Shown here: piece by piece, positions 8,600-21,599 of the stretch
Layout: each line of letters opens with the position of its first letter
Position numbering within the stretch: position 1 is the first letter of the stretch
NCBI GenBank assembly: GCA_009103225.1
Contig: RHPI01001715.1
Coordinates: forward strand, 722,750 to 762,704
Source: Chlorokybus atmophyticus
Taxonomy: Eukaryota; Plantae; Mesostigma and Chlorokybus algae
DNA length: 39,955 nucleotides
Direction of reading: 5' to 3'
Position numbers and translations under genes: made by a program
The notes under the pieces: generated by a model
Database searches by the model: none
What the model saw: the letters and a program-made list of their open reading frames with translations, nothing else
What the model was told of the DNA's origin: nothing

Positions 8600-11200
8600 T
8601 GTGAGGTGGCCCGCAAAGATTTGATAATGACGGGACAATGACGCCGTGTTTGGATTGTGCTATCGGCCAGTGGTGTAGTAAGTACGTCGAGAGCAGCTCG
8701 TAGTACACCTTCTTGCATTGGTGGAGCTGGGTCCTCCATCTTGGCTTCGGATGCATCCTTCGCCGAGGATGCCTGTGGAAGGGGCCTGCTCTTTTTAGGG
8801 AGGTGATTCAACTTGTGGGGAAGGCAGGTCGGCTGGAGGGCCGGGTGGATTAGCCGGTAGAGCAGGTGTTTAAGAACCGCCATCGTAGCTAGGTTGGTAA
8901 CGAGAGGCTACTAGTAGTACCTTTAATGCTTGATGAAGAGCCTCACCGGTGAGGGCACGCTCCCAATGCTGATGGCGACGATCCCCGTAAGCTGTCACGG
9001 GCACAATGGGGAGGAGAGCCACGTAGGCTGCTATTATGTCCCGCTCCACGTCGCTAAGTGCTCGGTTGCTTTGTCCCTTTGTCCTCGGGGACTCCCTCTA
9101 TACCTCGCACACGGCTCTCCATCACTTGCTGAAGGTCACGAGTCTCATGGTCATCTCCATAATGAAACTTGCATTATATGCAAAATGCATTTCAGGAATT
9201 TGCTTTTGCATATTTTGCAAGGGAAGTCAGGTCGCGACCAAGTTCCCAAGCAAGGAGGCTGCTGTTATCTTTGAACCCTTGTAGCGTCTGCTCCCCATGT
9301 TCGCGGTCGGTCATCCATGGAGGCTGGACCATCTTGTTGTCGATTATACGAGTAAGCATGAGAGGGAGCCGAACAAGCAAGAAGTCCTCGAACAAAGTGG
9401 CGGCGCTGACAAAGTGATCTTTGTCGAGGGAGTGGACTGAGTGTAACAACCAGCGGACAAGCTCTTGGTCAGAAATACCGCGGCCCAGCTGCACCAGATC
9501 ATGCCATGGCCCCTCTTTACTAATATAAGTTGTCCACTGCCAACTTACACGCGTGACGCGTGAGCGATCTACGTGGCTGTAGATCATCACGGCCTATTGG
9601 CGGATGGTGTGCTGCGTCCATGTACGGTTGCGGATGAGAGTTGCTTGAACAAGCCGTCATGCGAGCCTAGCGCTGAGCAACATCCCCATTCCCCCCCTCA
9701 ATGCCGGGTAAGGGCGTGCTGCGCAGCCAGTGGGCGTGTGTGAGCTCAGGGAGCGTGCGCGGTGGAGCGTCTTGAAGTAAGAGCCTGGTACGTAGTGACC
9801 ACAGCTTTCTGTTAACCTTCTTTGCTTGTTACAAACGCTACCGCCGGTGAGCAAGTCGGAAGTCATCGTATGTCGCGGCCTTGCAAGAAACTTCTATGTA
9901 TGTTGTTGTCTTATTGAAAAGCACCAACAAGCACTGTGTGGAGTCCTCCTCCGAGGCAGTGGCAGGGGCGAAACCTTCGTGGGGGAGGTAGTCTATGCGG
10001 AACTCCCCCTCCCACGCTGCACGGGCAAGATGCAGTGGCATGTAGGCTCCTTGCGGCCGATGCCCTAGGTAGGGTTGTGGCGGAGAGCGCGAGGTGTCCA
10101 TTACCTGACTCTGGTGTAGCCACCACTGGCATTCATTAGCGAAGCATTCAGGTGCGTCAGCCTGCAGCTGGCCTAATCAATGTAGCCTTAAGGCTGCACG
10201 TACACGCATGCGCTCGCGCACATAGTGCATGTCCCGTGAATGTTATTGCGTACGCCGTTTAAAGCTGCGTCAAGTTGAATTGCCGATTATTCATAGAACG
10301 CTAACACGGCTTTGGCGGCGTCTGTGGGTGCAAGCTTAAACAATTGCTGGTGCAAGGTGTTGTCTGCGGGCGCCGGCGTCATGATGAAGTGGTACCGGTG
10401 GCGTGAGAGGCAGCCAACTGAGTGAGTGATGGTGGAGTGTACCCTGTACCAGCGTGCGTGGATGTGCGCGAGATGTTCTCCATCCATTTCGGGTACTGTG
10501 AAATCAAACAGTGGTGCGGGGTAGAACTCTTGGCATGTGGTAATCTACCAACTCACGGTTTGCCAACGCTGGTAGTCAGCGTTTCGCAAGGCAGGAAAGT
10601 AAGTCGTTGAGCTCATACCATTGAGTGTGGCGGTGGCGCATGGCTTCAAGCACATCCCTGAGGACCATGTCTTCGTATGCCTCCAGGCTACTTAGCCGCG
10701 CCAAATGTTGTGGAAACAACTGTATGTTTTCGGACACCAAGTGGACCCGGTGAGAGAGTGATGTGACGTGCGGTGATGGCAATATTCTAATGCGCACAAT
10801 CATCATGTGGCAAGTTAGCGTCCAGCGGATAACCGATCGTGGGGTTTGCTGAATAGCCTCAAGTGTCTATTGTGCCCAGGTTTTCACAGTGATTGGCGAT
10901 GGCATATACAAATATGCCCATGTAGCGTCCTACAGGCGACGACGAAGACATCCAAGACACTGTTGGAGGAGGGCCTGGTGTGTCGTAGGCGTCCCTCCTG
11001 CTACCACGTCGGCTTGCTCCGTGCGTAAGGTCGTTAATTATATGTTGTACCTGTTGACGGAGTCTTAAAACTGTTGCCGCATGGCAACCTCCTCTGGTGT
11101 GGGTGGCAGATGCATAAGGCTGGGCGGTCTCAAGGGGAGAAGGAAGGCATGGTTGCTGCCTCGCTCAGCAACGAGTTGAGTTAGTGCCGCTTGAGGTTCA
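8600..11200 (-). pseudogene. Degenerate gag-like / 5' coding region of the retrotransposon
   Basis: Fragmented minus-strand ORFs between the leader and the protease. No motif recognised; assigned by position only. Confidence 0.4.
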
Positions 11201-12582
11201 CCCAAAATCACACCCTATTCACGGGCCTCGCGAGCTGGAGCGTTGACTGCGCGTTGCTGAGCCAGGTTGAGCACCCAGCAAGAGGTGTCAATGGGTCTTG
11301 TCACGCGGTTTAACACATGTGCACCAGTTTGATCGATCCTGCTGCTGATAAGAGCGCACAGGGGTGGCGAGGAGAAGTGCGTGCCAAGGGTCATTACCGT
11401 GATATTAATGCCTCCTTCAGGACTCGGTTATACGTCACATCAATTAACATATATATGTAAGAGAGCCTAATGGTATGCTTCATATCGATCGTGCTTCCCC
11501 CCCCCCCCCCCCCCCCCTANCGTGCCCCTCAGATATGCAATTACACATGCGAAATAAAGAATAGACTTGTGTGCTACATCTTTAAGAAAACAAGATATAC
11601 CTTAATCACAGATTGCATTTGTTATTCATGACATTGCGTTAAAAGGGGGCATTAGGCTTGGATAATTACATTTTGAGTACCTTAACAGAAGTAATATGAG
11701 ATAAAGAGCTGAATTCGCTCTTCATCTCATATAAATCACGCGTGTTTAATGTATCAAAGTGTTCAAGTTACAAACTTAACATCTTGATAAAACATCTGTA
11801 CTCATTCAAACAATCCGTACACCCATACGCTGACACAGTGCACCAATTATTGCACATCCATTGTGCGCATTCATAACAATTGCATTCGCATTGACACTCT
11901 GATCATTCTCGATAAGCTATACAATGAATAAATGCTGAGCACTGATGTAGTGCAGCATGTGACTTGAAGCGCATACGGTGCGGTGTGTGTGTGTGCATGA
12001 ATGTGATCGGCATGCATGCAGCGCACCCAACTTTAGACAAACGTATGCTTATTGCAGTATGCATAGCTACTTAGCAACATTGATCGGATTGATTCACTAA
12101 AGTTTGATTTGTTAACCCGTGTTGTAGCAATATATGCTTACGTGCGCACTCACCTTCAACCACCTATTCATGCACGTCCTCACAGATGTGCGGAACAGGC
12201 CTACATAAAGTTCAAATCGGTTGCACTCACACTATGACATTCGTTGCAAGTCGGGCAATCTTGAGCCCAAGGTCATTGATGATTGTATAACTTACCTTAG
12301 GGGGGGGGGGGGGGGGGGGNAACAAGTATCACGCCGATGGCGTTGTTGGGTTGACCTAACAGTTTCATGTTGCATGTGCATATGGATGTAAGTGCATGCA
12401 ATGCATGTTTAACTCACACACGCCATCTTGTACGCACTGGTACAAGCGCTCTAAGTGAGTCACATTGAAGTCAACGGTGGTAGTCCCGACGCAAGCGCAC
12501 CAAACTCTATGTATACACAAACAATACATGGACTTGTATGAAAACAACTACTAGTCGTACTCTACAACAACAAGTCGTCCTG

Positions 12583-15500
12583 TCAAGTGCTGCTCCAAGG
12601 CATGGAATAGCAGCCCATGGCTTGTACGGGGAGGCTGCGGGTCCTCGTGACATCCAACTTAGCAGCGTTCTTATTGACATTGCCGGCGAGGTCCGCCACA
12701 GCCCCGGCTTTGACTTCTACAACAACACCTCCATAAAACCCTTCATCAAAGGCAACAACAAGCATACGCACATTGGGCCCACTGTCAGGAACCAAACTCG
12801 GGCCCGATATCAGCCTCCCACCAGGGGATATGGCCACTCCCGCAGCGGTCAGCACGGATATCGCCTCGGATGAGTGCAGGATGAATGTGATTGCGGAGTT
12901 TATCGTTGCGGCGCCGATGCCGGACACGGATATCAGGTCCGTCCCGTACAGATCGACCTGAGGTGGGGTGACATCGGCGCAGGGCTTCTTCTCCATGCAG
13001 GTGAAGCCGAGGGCTGGACACTGGAAGGAGTGTGTACAGCACTGAACAACCTGCAGGGAGAGGCGTACGTAAGTGGGCATGCGTGCGTGTGCATGTGTGG
13101 GTGCAAGTGTGTGTTGCTGCGCTTGCACATGCACGGCGTGTGCGCATCTGTGTGCTTATGTGTGTGTGGGAGCGTGTGCATGCGCATGTTTGTGTGTGTG
13201 CCCTTGCGCGCGTGCGTGCATGTGAACAGACACCATCACATGGTCATGTGTCAACCAGGTACATATATAAAGCTATTCAAGTTGTGAGTTGGTTCATGCC
13301 TGTGAGTGTCATGAACTCATGTGTCAACCGATTGCATATATACAGCTGTTCAAGCTATGAGTGGGTTCATGCCTGTGAGTGGGCATAGACGGCGTCAACA
13401 GATAGAGCCAGGCAGTCCCCGCAGTCGTTATGAAGGGCGTCACAGGCTAGGTTGAACCCAGCGCCTGACTCGCAGCTGCCGCTTCCCAACTTCGACTCAA
13501 ACACTGAGGCCTGTGCAACAACAACAACATGTTGTATCACTTCCCACATACCCACAAACGCTACACGCTCACTTACCAGTATGCACACGCCGTCGCAGTC
13601 GAAGCGGCCGAATACGGACGAGCCAATCACGCAGTCTCCACCTGGCTCAGCGAATGTGATGGTGACCTTGTTGGACTCGCCGTTGGGGTGTCCGCTCTCG
13701 TTGGCGCGGGTGGCGTTCTCCCGCAACGAGATGGTCACCACGCACGGCTGGCAGACGGATATGGAGTAGGACTGACTGTCCTTGAGGTCCTGGTGGATCT
13801 GCATTGCAGGAATTGCAGTCAGTAGACAATGTGTGTGTGTGTGTGTGTGTGTGCGTATGTGCATGTGTGCACATGCGTGTGTACGCGCCCACACATGTGC
13901 ATGCGAGTGTGCCCATGTTTGTGGGCAGCATGACTGCAGCGTTGTTGTTTCGCACCTGTATGCAATCCGGGGAAAAACGGCTGCACTCAGAGATGTCTGA
14001 TATATCCATGACGGTGCGTGTGGCAGCAGGTTCGAAGCCAGAAGACACGCCTGTAAGAGTTGGGGCCGAGGCCGATATCGGTGGTGAGGGAAGTGTTACC
14101 CAAGCCACCGTGACGGTGCCGTCGGCGAATGCGATAGATGCCTCAAAGGCGTGCATCGCCTTTGTTTCAATGATGAACCCAACACGTATGTTGGTTTCAG
14201 TCTCTCTCACCACCGCCGACGTGGCTATGTGATCGTTGTTGGTAGCCAACACGCTCACGCGCGGGATCGCAAAGTGGGCTTGAAGTGGTGTTGCTTTGCT
14301 CGGTAAAGTGTGAGGCTCGGTGAAGGATACGAACCCGCCCTCGGATACGTATATGGCGTCATAGCTCTCGCCGAAGAACAACACGCCGTTGGGATGCTTG
14401 AGTGGGTACCGGAAGTACCCCGCTGGTCCGAAAGTGAACGTGTGCCCGAACAATGCCCACGACGGGTCTGAGGGGGAATGTGACCCAATGCATGCTCGAT
14501 ACACGCCTCCCCACGGTGTGTACACAACACTTCTCCCCACAAGTTGAGATAGAGCAGTCGCACCCTCATGCATGAAGACCACGTTGCCCGCACGCGTGAC
14601 GGGGAGGGCGGAGGAGGTGATTGTGAAGGATGATGTGGGGTCTTGAGGTGGAGGAATGTGCTCACGCGTGTCGAAGCGAAGTTGCATTGTTGTTGTGTCG
14701 GATGCGGTTGTGGTAACCGAGCTCAGCTCCGAACCGACGGTTAACTTAGTGTGTACCCGAGAGCCGGCTAACCGCAAAGTGGCTGACTGGATAGTCGGTT
14801 TGCCGTCGCAGTCAGTTGCAGCGTTCTCCTTCACGGTTATCTCCATAGGCTCTCCTGGCACATCCGCAGTCACGCTAATCGCAAACGCTCTTGGGAAGCT
14901 CTGGCAGCTGCCTGTGGGCGCTTCAGCTTGACCAGGGTCAAGTTGGGTAACTGCGGTTAGATCCTTGACCCTTCCACCACTAACCGTTATCCCCTCAGGG
15001 CCGAAGCCGGTTACTGGCTGCTCAAACTCAACCAGGATGAGGCCGTCCTTGACCACGGTTAGTTTGACTGCGGTAGGTTGACTGACAACGAAGGTTGTGT
15101 GAGGTGGGTCCTCCTCCATCACGCCCTCGAGGGAGGTCCCCCTCACGCTGAATGTGTACACACCGTTTGGTAGGGATGTGTACACGCGTGGTGAACGACA
15201 CGGCCTCCATCCAGGCAACTCTGCAGCCACCACAACGATACACGTCAACACCACATGCACACACACAGGCCCTGGCAGCCGTACACACATAAAAGCACAT
15301 GCACTGGCATAGGTATGGACACACATACCGTCACACGCATACAGAAGAGCACACCGCGCAGACACGCATGCATGCCTTGTAATCCTCATGCATCACGTAC
15401 CGTAAGGTGGTTGTGCCGTGGTGATGCTCTCAGCTGGCAGTAGCACATCATCAATAGCCCAAAAACATGACACTCCATCTTCACTCTCCTCCTCTTCAAC

Positions 15501-18500
15501 CCATCTGAGTGATGTGGCAGCCGTGCGCGCAGCAACCGGCATCTCCACTCTCACCGCTGATATGCCTGATATCGCCACGCTCGAGTTCCAGAGCGTCTGA
15601 TACCCTGCCGATATCGCCGTGGCGTACTGAAACAGGACTGGAGGACAAGCCTTCGATATTAACCCGCTGCCGATATACGTGAAGGACACGGTGCGGAACT
15701 GCTGGGTATCTCTTGCTTCTGTTGTTGCGGAGCGTATTTCGCCTGTATCGATATCAGAGTCGAAGCAAAGGGCTCTAGAAGGGAGGCTTTCTCCTCCGCA
15801 CTCGTCACTCATGCGCGCACGTGCGGACACATTCGCCCACAACCCTCCGGCGATATCATACCCGGCCTCAAAATCCGCCACCTTCACAGGTCCAGGCGCA
15901 GCAGGTTCCAACCTACACTCCCAGGTGATATCGGCCTCATCTCCAGCGAATCCAAACGCTAAGGTCCTAGACCCGGACCCTTGCTGTAGGTCCGAACCCG
16001 AAGTTAGGACTGTCACTGGGGGGCCATCGATGGTAAAGGACCTGGATGAGGGTACTATCTGGACCCCACCTGGCAGTTGGGTCCCTAACCCACCCGCTTC
16101 GGGTCGCTTGGCTCGGACCCGCAGCGTGTAGGACCCGTCGGGTAAGGGACCCAATGTGAGGGGAGATGCGCACTCTCTCCAACCCATTGGCTGAGGACCT
16201 GAATAGGGGACAATATAACAAGTCGAGTGTTATGTGGACTTGTGGTTGAGTTGGTGCGTGAAAGTTGCAACACCCACCTACGAGGGAGCAGAGGAATGAG
16301 ACTGGTGTTGAGGAGGAGTTGAAAGTTGTTGTTACTGAGCGTGTGCGCACGAGCTTCCGGGGATACGTTGTGAAGAGGGCCTGGGGCGGGTCCGGCCAGC
16401 TGGCGGCTGTGTGTGTCCATGAAAATAGGTTAGTGGCGTGTGGGTGTGTGCTGCAGGCTTGTGAAAAGCTTATTGCTTGTTCTTGCCTTCTGATATGGGC
16501 AGGGGCTCGGGTGCAGCAAAGGAGGCAGCGGCCTGGAGGGCCTTGAAGACGTTGAGCCTGCGTGTACGTGTGCGTGCATGTGGGTGTGTGCGTGGGTTGG
16601 GGGCTCAGGAGACTATTGCGTGTAGTAACTCAACAACAACTGCTGTGTCACACTCACCTGCCGCCGGACACGCACAGGTCCTGCAGCTGCGGCAGCCTAT
16701 CTGCGGTGGCCACCAGCAGCGCTCGTGTCTCAGCTGGCGCCAAACCCGGCTGCACACCCAACATCAACGCCGCCGCGCCTACGGTACCGAGGGACCGTCA
16801 ATCCAAGACATACACACGCACGTTCTGCGATTGACGCATGCAAGTACTCACACGCGCACGCGCGCACACTGTAACCAACCAACTTCGGTATTAGCTTCTC
16901 ACCTGCCACGAACGGCGCCGCAAACGACGTCCCGCTCTGCCTTGCATACTTCCCCTCCTTCCCACACTTATTCACCACACTCTCCCCACTCCCAAACCCC
17001 CCCTCCTTCTCTCCCTTCTCCTCCCTCGAGCACGGCATCGCTCCAATCACCTCCTCCCCCGGCGCGAACACCCCCACCGTCTCCCTCCCGGACCCGCTCT
17101 GCCAGTAGCGCTGGTCCTGTTTGTCGGACGCCGACACCGCGATGACGTTGGGGTCGGAGAGGGAGAAAGAAGCGGGGAAGCGGGGGAGAGCGTCGAGGTT
17201 GGAGGCGAGGTTGCCGGAGGCGGCAACGACCAACACGCCCTGAGAGGGGAGAGGGTGTGCGTGGGGGCGCGCGCGCGCGTGTGTGTGTGTGTGTTTGTGT
17301 GTGTGCATGTGAGCATGCATGTGCGCACGCCCACGCTCACACACACGCAAAGGTGATCACATTGGGTGGGTGGATGTGTGCGCACGCGCACATCCACCCA
17401 CCAGTGGATGTGTCATTGCGCACCTATGTGCACGCATGTTCGCGGATTCCTGTGCAACTATTGCCTCTGCATTCCGAATATATACTTCCTCCCCCTCCCC
17501 TCACCTGCGCATGCGCCTGATCAATGACATCCTGCATCGCCCTGCTCCTCGCGTTCGTGCTCCACGAGTTGCAGATCACCTTCGCCCCGTTGTCGAGCGC
17601 GTACGCGATGGCGCGGACCGCGTCCGACACCGCCCCGCTGCCGCGACTGCCGGACAGGAACTTGAGGGACATCAGACGGACGCGCTGAGAGACGCCGGAG
17701 AGACCGAGGTGGTTGTTGCCGACTGGGGGGAAGAGAAGGGTGAGGTGTGGTGGGGGTCAACGTGTGTGTGTGTGAGTGGGTGGGTGTGCGTGCGGAGTTG
17801 CATGCCCACTCTCACGTGCACGCGTGCGGCTGCGCATGCACACATGCGCACACTGACGCGTGCGTTTGTAAGCACATGTGCGGTTGTGAGTGGTCCTCAA
17901 CGCATCCACACACCTGCTCTCCATATGCATGCATGCACACACGCATGATTGCAGCTAGTCGTGAACACTCCCCACGCACGCACACCCACATCGCCACAAG
18001 TCCCCCCCCCCCCCCCCNNNNNNNNNNNNNNNNNNNNNNNNNNNNNNNNNNNNNNNNNNNNNNNNNNNNNNNNNNNNNNNNNNNNNNNNNNNNNNNNNNN
18101 NNNNNNNNNNNNNNNNNNNNNNNNNNNNNNNNNNNNNNNNNNNNNNNNNNNNNNNNNNNNNNNNNNNCCACCTGCTCCGATGACCGACGCCACATGCGTC
18201 CCATGATAATACGTATCCATCGCATCCGCTCGATCCCCCGCGAAGTCGTACCCGTGGATGTCGTCGACGTAACCGTTGCCGTCGTCGTCGAGGCCGTTAC
18301 CGGCGATCTCCCCACCGTTCACCCACATGTTCTCCGAAAGGTCCGGGTGGCCGTAGTCGATGCCGGAGTCGACCACGGCGACGATCACGCTGCCGTCGCC
18401 TGGGGAGCGGGGGTATTGTTGCTGTGGGTGTGGGTGTGGGTACTGTCGCTAATGAGGTAACGTGGTGGTGGTAAACACCAAACTCAACGACAGTGACAAC

Positions 18501-18607
18501 ATTGTCGCAACAACAACAACAACAACAACAGCAACAGCAACTTTTGTGTTCCTTCAATGTTGTTGTTGCCTATGTTGTATTCCTTCATTGCTGTTGCTAC
18601 CGAAACA

Positions 18608-18638
<31 letters not shown>

Positions 18639-19536
18639 CAACAACAACAACAAGAACAACAACAGCGTTGTGGTCAACTTGTTGCTGCCATTTACTTATT
18701 GTTGTCCTTGATGTTGTTGTTTTTGTTTTATTTTATTGTTGTTGTTGTTGCTGTTTTTGCTGCTGCTGCTGCTGTCGTTGTCGTTGCTGTTGTTGTTGTC
18801 GTCAACCCTTGTTGTCCTACACCCTCACCTGAGAAGATGCTGAACGCTTGCGCAAGTCCAACTTGCTGCGCTCCCCACTGCGCTTCCCACATGGGATCGT
18901 TGGGTACGCTGGCAGGGACGTCATCACCGATAGCATTGGCAGCGTCAATGGCAGCAGCCACGTCCGCACTGGCATCAGAGGAGGCGTCCAGATGCACCTC
19001 GCCGTCGCACTCACAGTAGCTGATGCTCTCGTGCTGCCTGCATGTGTGCGTGGGTGGGTGCGTGGGTGTGGGTGTGGGTGTAGATGTCACAACATATGTG
19101 TGTGCGTGTGTCTCCTAACATACTCGCATTCTCGTTGGAGGTCTGCGCAGGTTCGGCTGTCCCCCTCCGCGAGCTCCAGCACCTCCAGGCCACGCCCACG
19201 CCAGACGGGCCACGTGTCCGCAAGCACCCTCGCCGCAGGCCTTCCATCTGTATACATCTCTCAGAAACAAAGGTACATTGTCACAGCAGACCAGGCCAGG
19301 CCAGGCTAGGCCAGGCAGTTACCAGTGTGGGCGGTGGATGTGCCGCCGCTGCCAGTGGCGTGGCTGACGATCAGACGCCTGTTGCGCTCCGCAACCGCCG
19401 ACACCGGCGCGACGAAGACGGTCACGGACAGGAGAAGAAGCAGGAGAGGCAGCGTCGCCGCTCTTCTGGTGCAGCCCATTGCTGCCATTGTTGCCGCCGC
19501 CGCCGCTGCCGGCAACGACGACAACGGCAAGGACAA
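12583..19536 (-). CDS. Secreted subtilisin-like S8 serine peptidase with Ig-like, reelin-like, NIDO-like and Cys-rich C-terminal modules. Exons approx. 19323-19536 (or ATG at 19488), 19124-19247, 18829-19037, 18172-18399, 17505-17722, 16903-17239, 16658-16778, 16487-16557, 16278-16406, 15401-16198, 13956-15220, 13577-13798, ~13373-13510, 12583-13050.
   Basis: Signal peptide (LPLLLLLLSVTVFVAPVSA). Catalytic motifs VAVVDSG, HGTHVA, AASGN and SGTSFAAP are intact. Exon phases join into one open frame with AG acceptors and GT/GC donors. The exon 13 donor and the 3' end are less certain. Confidence 0.88.
13244..13381. repeat. Two-copy tandem duplication (65-bp copies, 73-bp period)
   Basis: TCATGTGTCAACC...GGTTCATGCCTGTGAGTG occurs at 13244-13308 and 13317-13381. 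Confidence 0.85.
18505..18805. repeat. Compound CAA/CAG and TTG/CTG trinucleotide microsatellites in S8 intron 3
   Basis: Visible (CAA)n, (CAG)n and (TTG)n tracts between exons 18399 and 18829. Confidence 0.9.
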
Positions 19537-19727
19537 GACACATCACGTGACGGTTAAGGCTAACCGCAGTCATGACACAATATACGCTTACCGATGGTCA
19601 GCCTGGTAATCAAGATATCATCCTTATTGAGTACATCTCTTACACTACCGCTTGCGTGTATGCATATCGTTTGTGGCAGAAAAGCGCAATACGCTGCATG
19701 CATTTCGTTACAATTTCTATCTGCAAA

Positions 19728-19736
19728 TTAGGGTTT
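19728..19736 (+). promoter_or_regulatory. Telo-box (TTAGGGTTT = AAACCCTAA) upstream of RPL9
   Basis: Exact motif 46 bp upstream of the RPL9 ATG. Telo-boxes are typical of plant translation-machinery genes. Confidence 0.6.
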
Positions 19737-19781
19737 GTGGCGGCGGCGGCGGTGTTGGCCTGGGTGGAGGCGGTGGGAACC

Positions 19782-21599
19782 ATGGCGGCTGCGGCGGCTG
19801 CGGCGGGTGTGAGGACGTACGAGGGGTTGAGGGCCGCCCCGCATTCTCAGGTTTGATTGCGTGGATGGACTGATTATGCACGGGAGTGATAAATCATTAG
19901 CCACGTGTGGCCGTGCACTCAGCTTGCAATGTACTCATCCCAGAAGTCCCGCTTTCACCATGCAATCTTCACGTACATTTCCAAGCTGCTTGCTGTGGTG
20001 GTTGCAAGAGAGAACAAATCTGCTGCCAGCATTGGTTGTGCGTACAGTCTGCAATGCAGGGCCTGACTCATTACCTGTCGCGTTTCTACAGAATCATCTA
20101 CGTAGTAGTAGTAGTCCAAACCCAACAATTACTCCCTCTTCTCTACTTTTTACAATTGACACAATTGTCAACGCTCTTATCCTTTAACCGACTGCTTCAC
20201 CTTCCGCGTGTTGTAAGATTCCTGCACGTATTATGCAGGAAGAATGTGCAGCAAGAATATGCAGGAAGAATGTAATATGCAGGAATCTTGCTAGTCGCCA
20301 AGGTTTTACATGCATTTCCCTTCTGAAAACACCTGTATAATGATATGATGTAATCGTTGCATTGTGTTTTTCACAATGCAAAGTCGGGTTACTGACTCGT
20401 GAGTGGCAATGCTTGCAGGAACGAGTCCTGCACAGAGCTAGCTCCGCACGCACAGCGCCCACCCCAGCAGCACCATTCCAGGTTGTCGCGCAGAGAAAGG
20501 CCCTTAAGAAAACGAAGGTGGGACTGAATTCCGGACATTATGAAAAAAGGATCTAATCCCTTTCTTGTATTTGCAAATGCACATGCATGGCAGTTTGTTC
20601 GTAAGACGCCAAAACGGGATTACTGACATGTGCATTTGGTTCATGACCTCATGCTGTTGATGCCAGCCTTGCATATGATGTGATGTAACTGTTCAATCTC
20701 GTGAGATGCTTTGGTGTTCTTATCCAATTCCAAGTCGCAGTTGTTGATGTGTTTTATGTTGTTAGGTCATTCTTCTTGAGAAGGTGCCGTATGTTGGGGA
20801 CAAGGGTGACATTGTCAGTGTCAAGGATGGCTTCTTCCGCAACTTCTTGTTTCCGCGCAGCATGGCCAGCCCTGCCACACAAACCATTTTCAGGTTGGTT
20901 ATTGTGTCATACAGCATGTGCGCCTGCTCAGTAATAAAAAGTGTACATGGGACAATGAGTCAACACAAACATGAATTCAACAATTGATGTGTCGCTCAAG
21001 GTGTATTGCTTGCAATGCTATTTTAGGCAAATTCAGAGGAAAGAAGAGGCCGACGTTGCTGCAAAGCAGAAGGTAGGCTAAGAGTGGTAATTAAGCTACA
21101 CTTTTCATTCGTGTTCATCATTGTACATGCGTGATCTGTGAGTACTGGTGTGTTGCTGCTGTCGCAGGTCAAGAATGAAGCCTTGTCGATGGCCACAGCG
21201 CTGAAGGTCATCGGCAAGTTCATCATCAAGAAGAAGGCCGGCCAGGACAAGACGATCTTTGGAAGGTACATGCATCGCATCCGCAACTCCCATGTTGTTG
21301 GCAATTGTACGTACGACACCACTGTAGGGTCTAACTCCACCTCTGCTGCAGTGTCACTTCGCAGGACGTGGTGGATGTTATTAAGCTTCAAACAGGCCAG
21401 TAAGTACTACTTCTGCATTATTACCGGGCTGTTGAAAGCGAGTCATTGATGGCTTATGCGTGACCTTCTGTACAGGGATATCGACAAGAAGGATGTCATC
21501 ATGCCGGAAATTAGGGGCACAGGCAACTATAAGGTTGAGGTCAGGTTGCACCCTGAGGTGGTTGCCCCTGTGGAGGTTACTGTAGTGGGCACCAAGTGA
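19782..21599 (+). CDS. RPL9: Plastid 50S ribosomal protein L9 precursor. Exons 19782-19850, 20419-20517, 20766-20893, 21027-21072, 21168-21265, 21352-21399, 21476-21599.
   Basis: Transit peptide, then [51 protein letters not shown] and EVRLHPEV. All introns are GT-AG and in phase. The exon 2 acceptor is a best guess. Confidence 0.93.

Larger units (their letters stand above)
1610..11404 (-). mobile_element. Degenerate Ty3/gypsy LTR retrotransposon (gag-like, PR, DNMT, RT, RH, INT, PHD). 3' LTR at 1610-1855; 5' LTR absent.
   Basis: Recognisable PR, RT, RH and INT motifs lie on the minus strand in gypsy order. The LTR has TG...CA ends and a PPT-like AGGGGGGGAGCT (minus, 1856-1867). The leader at 11278-11404 matches the sequence abutting the LTR at 1480-1607. 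Many stops and frameshifts. Confidence 0.92.

Noticed and set aside
9175-9222. AT-rich 10-bp inverted repeat ATATGCAAAA...TTTTGCATAT in the gag-like region
   Set aside because: Short and low in complexity, with no clear target duplication.
13060-19120. Many overlapping Cys/Val- or His/Thr-rich ORFs
   Set aside because: Translations of intronic (CA)n/(TG)n and trinucleotide microsatellites, or antisense frames of real exons.
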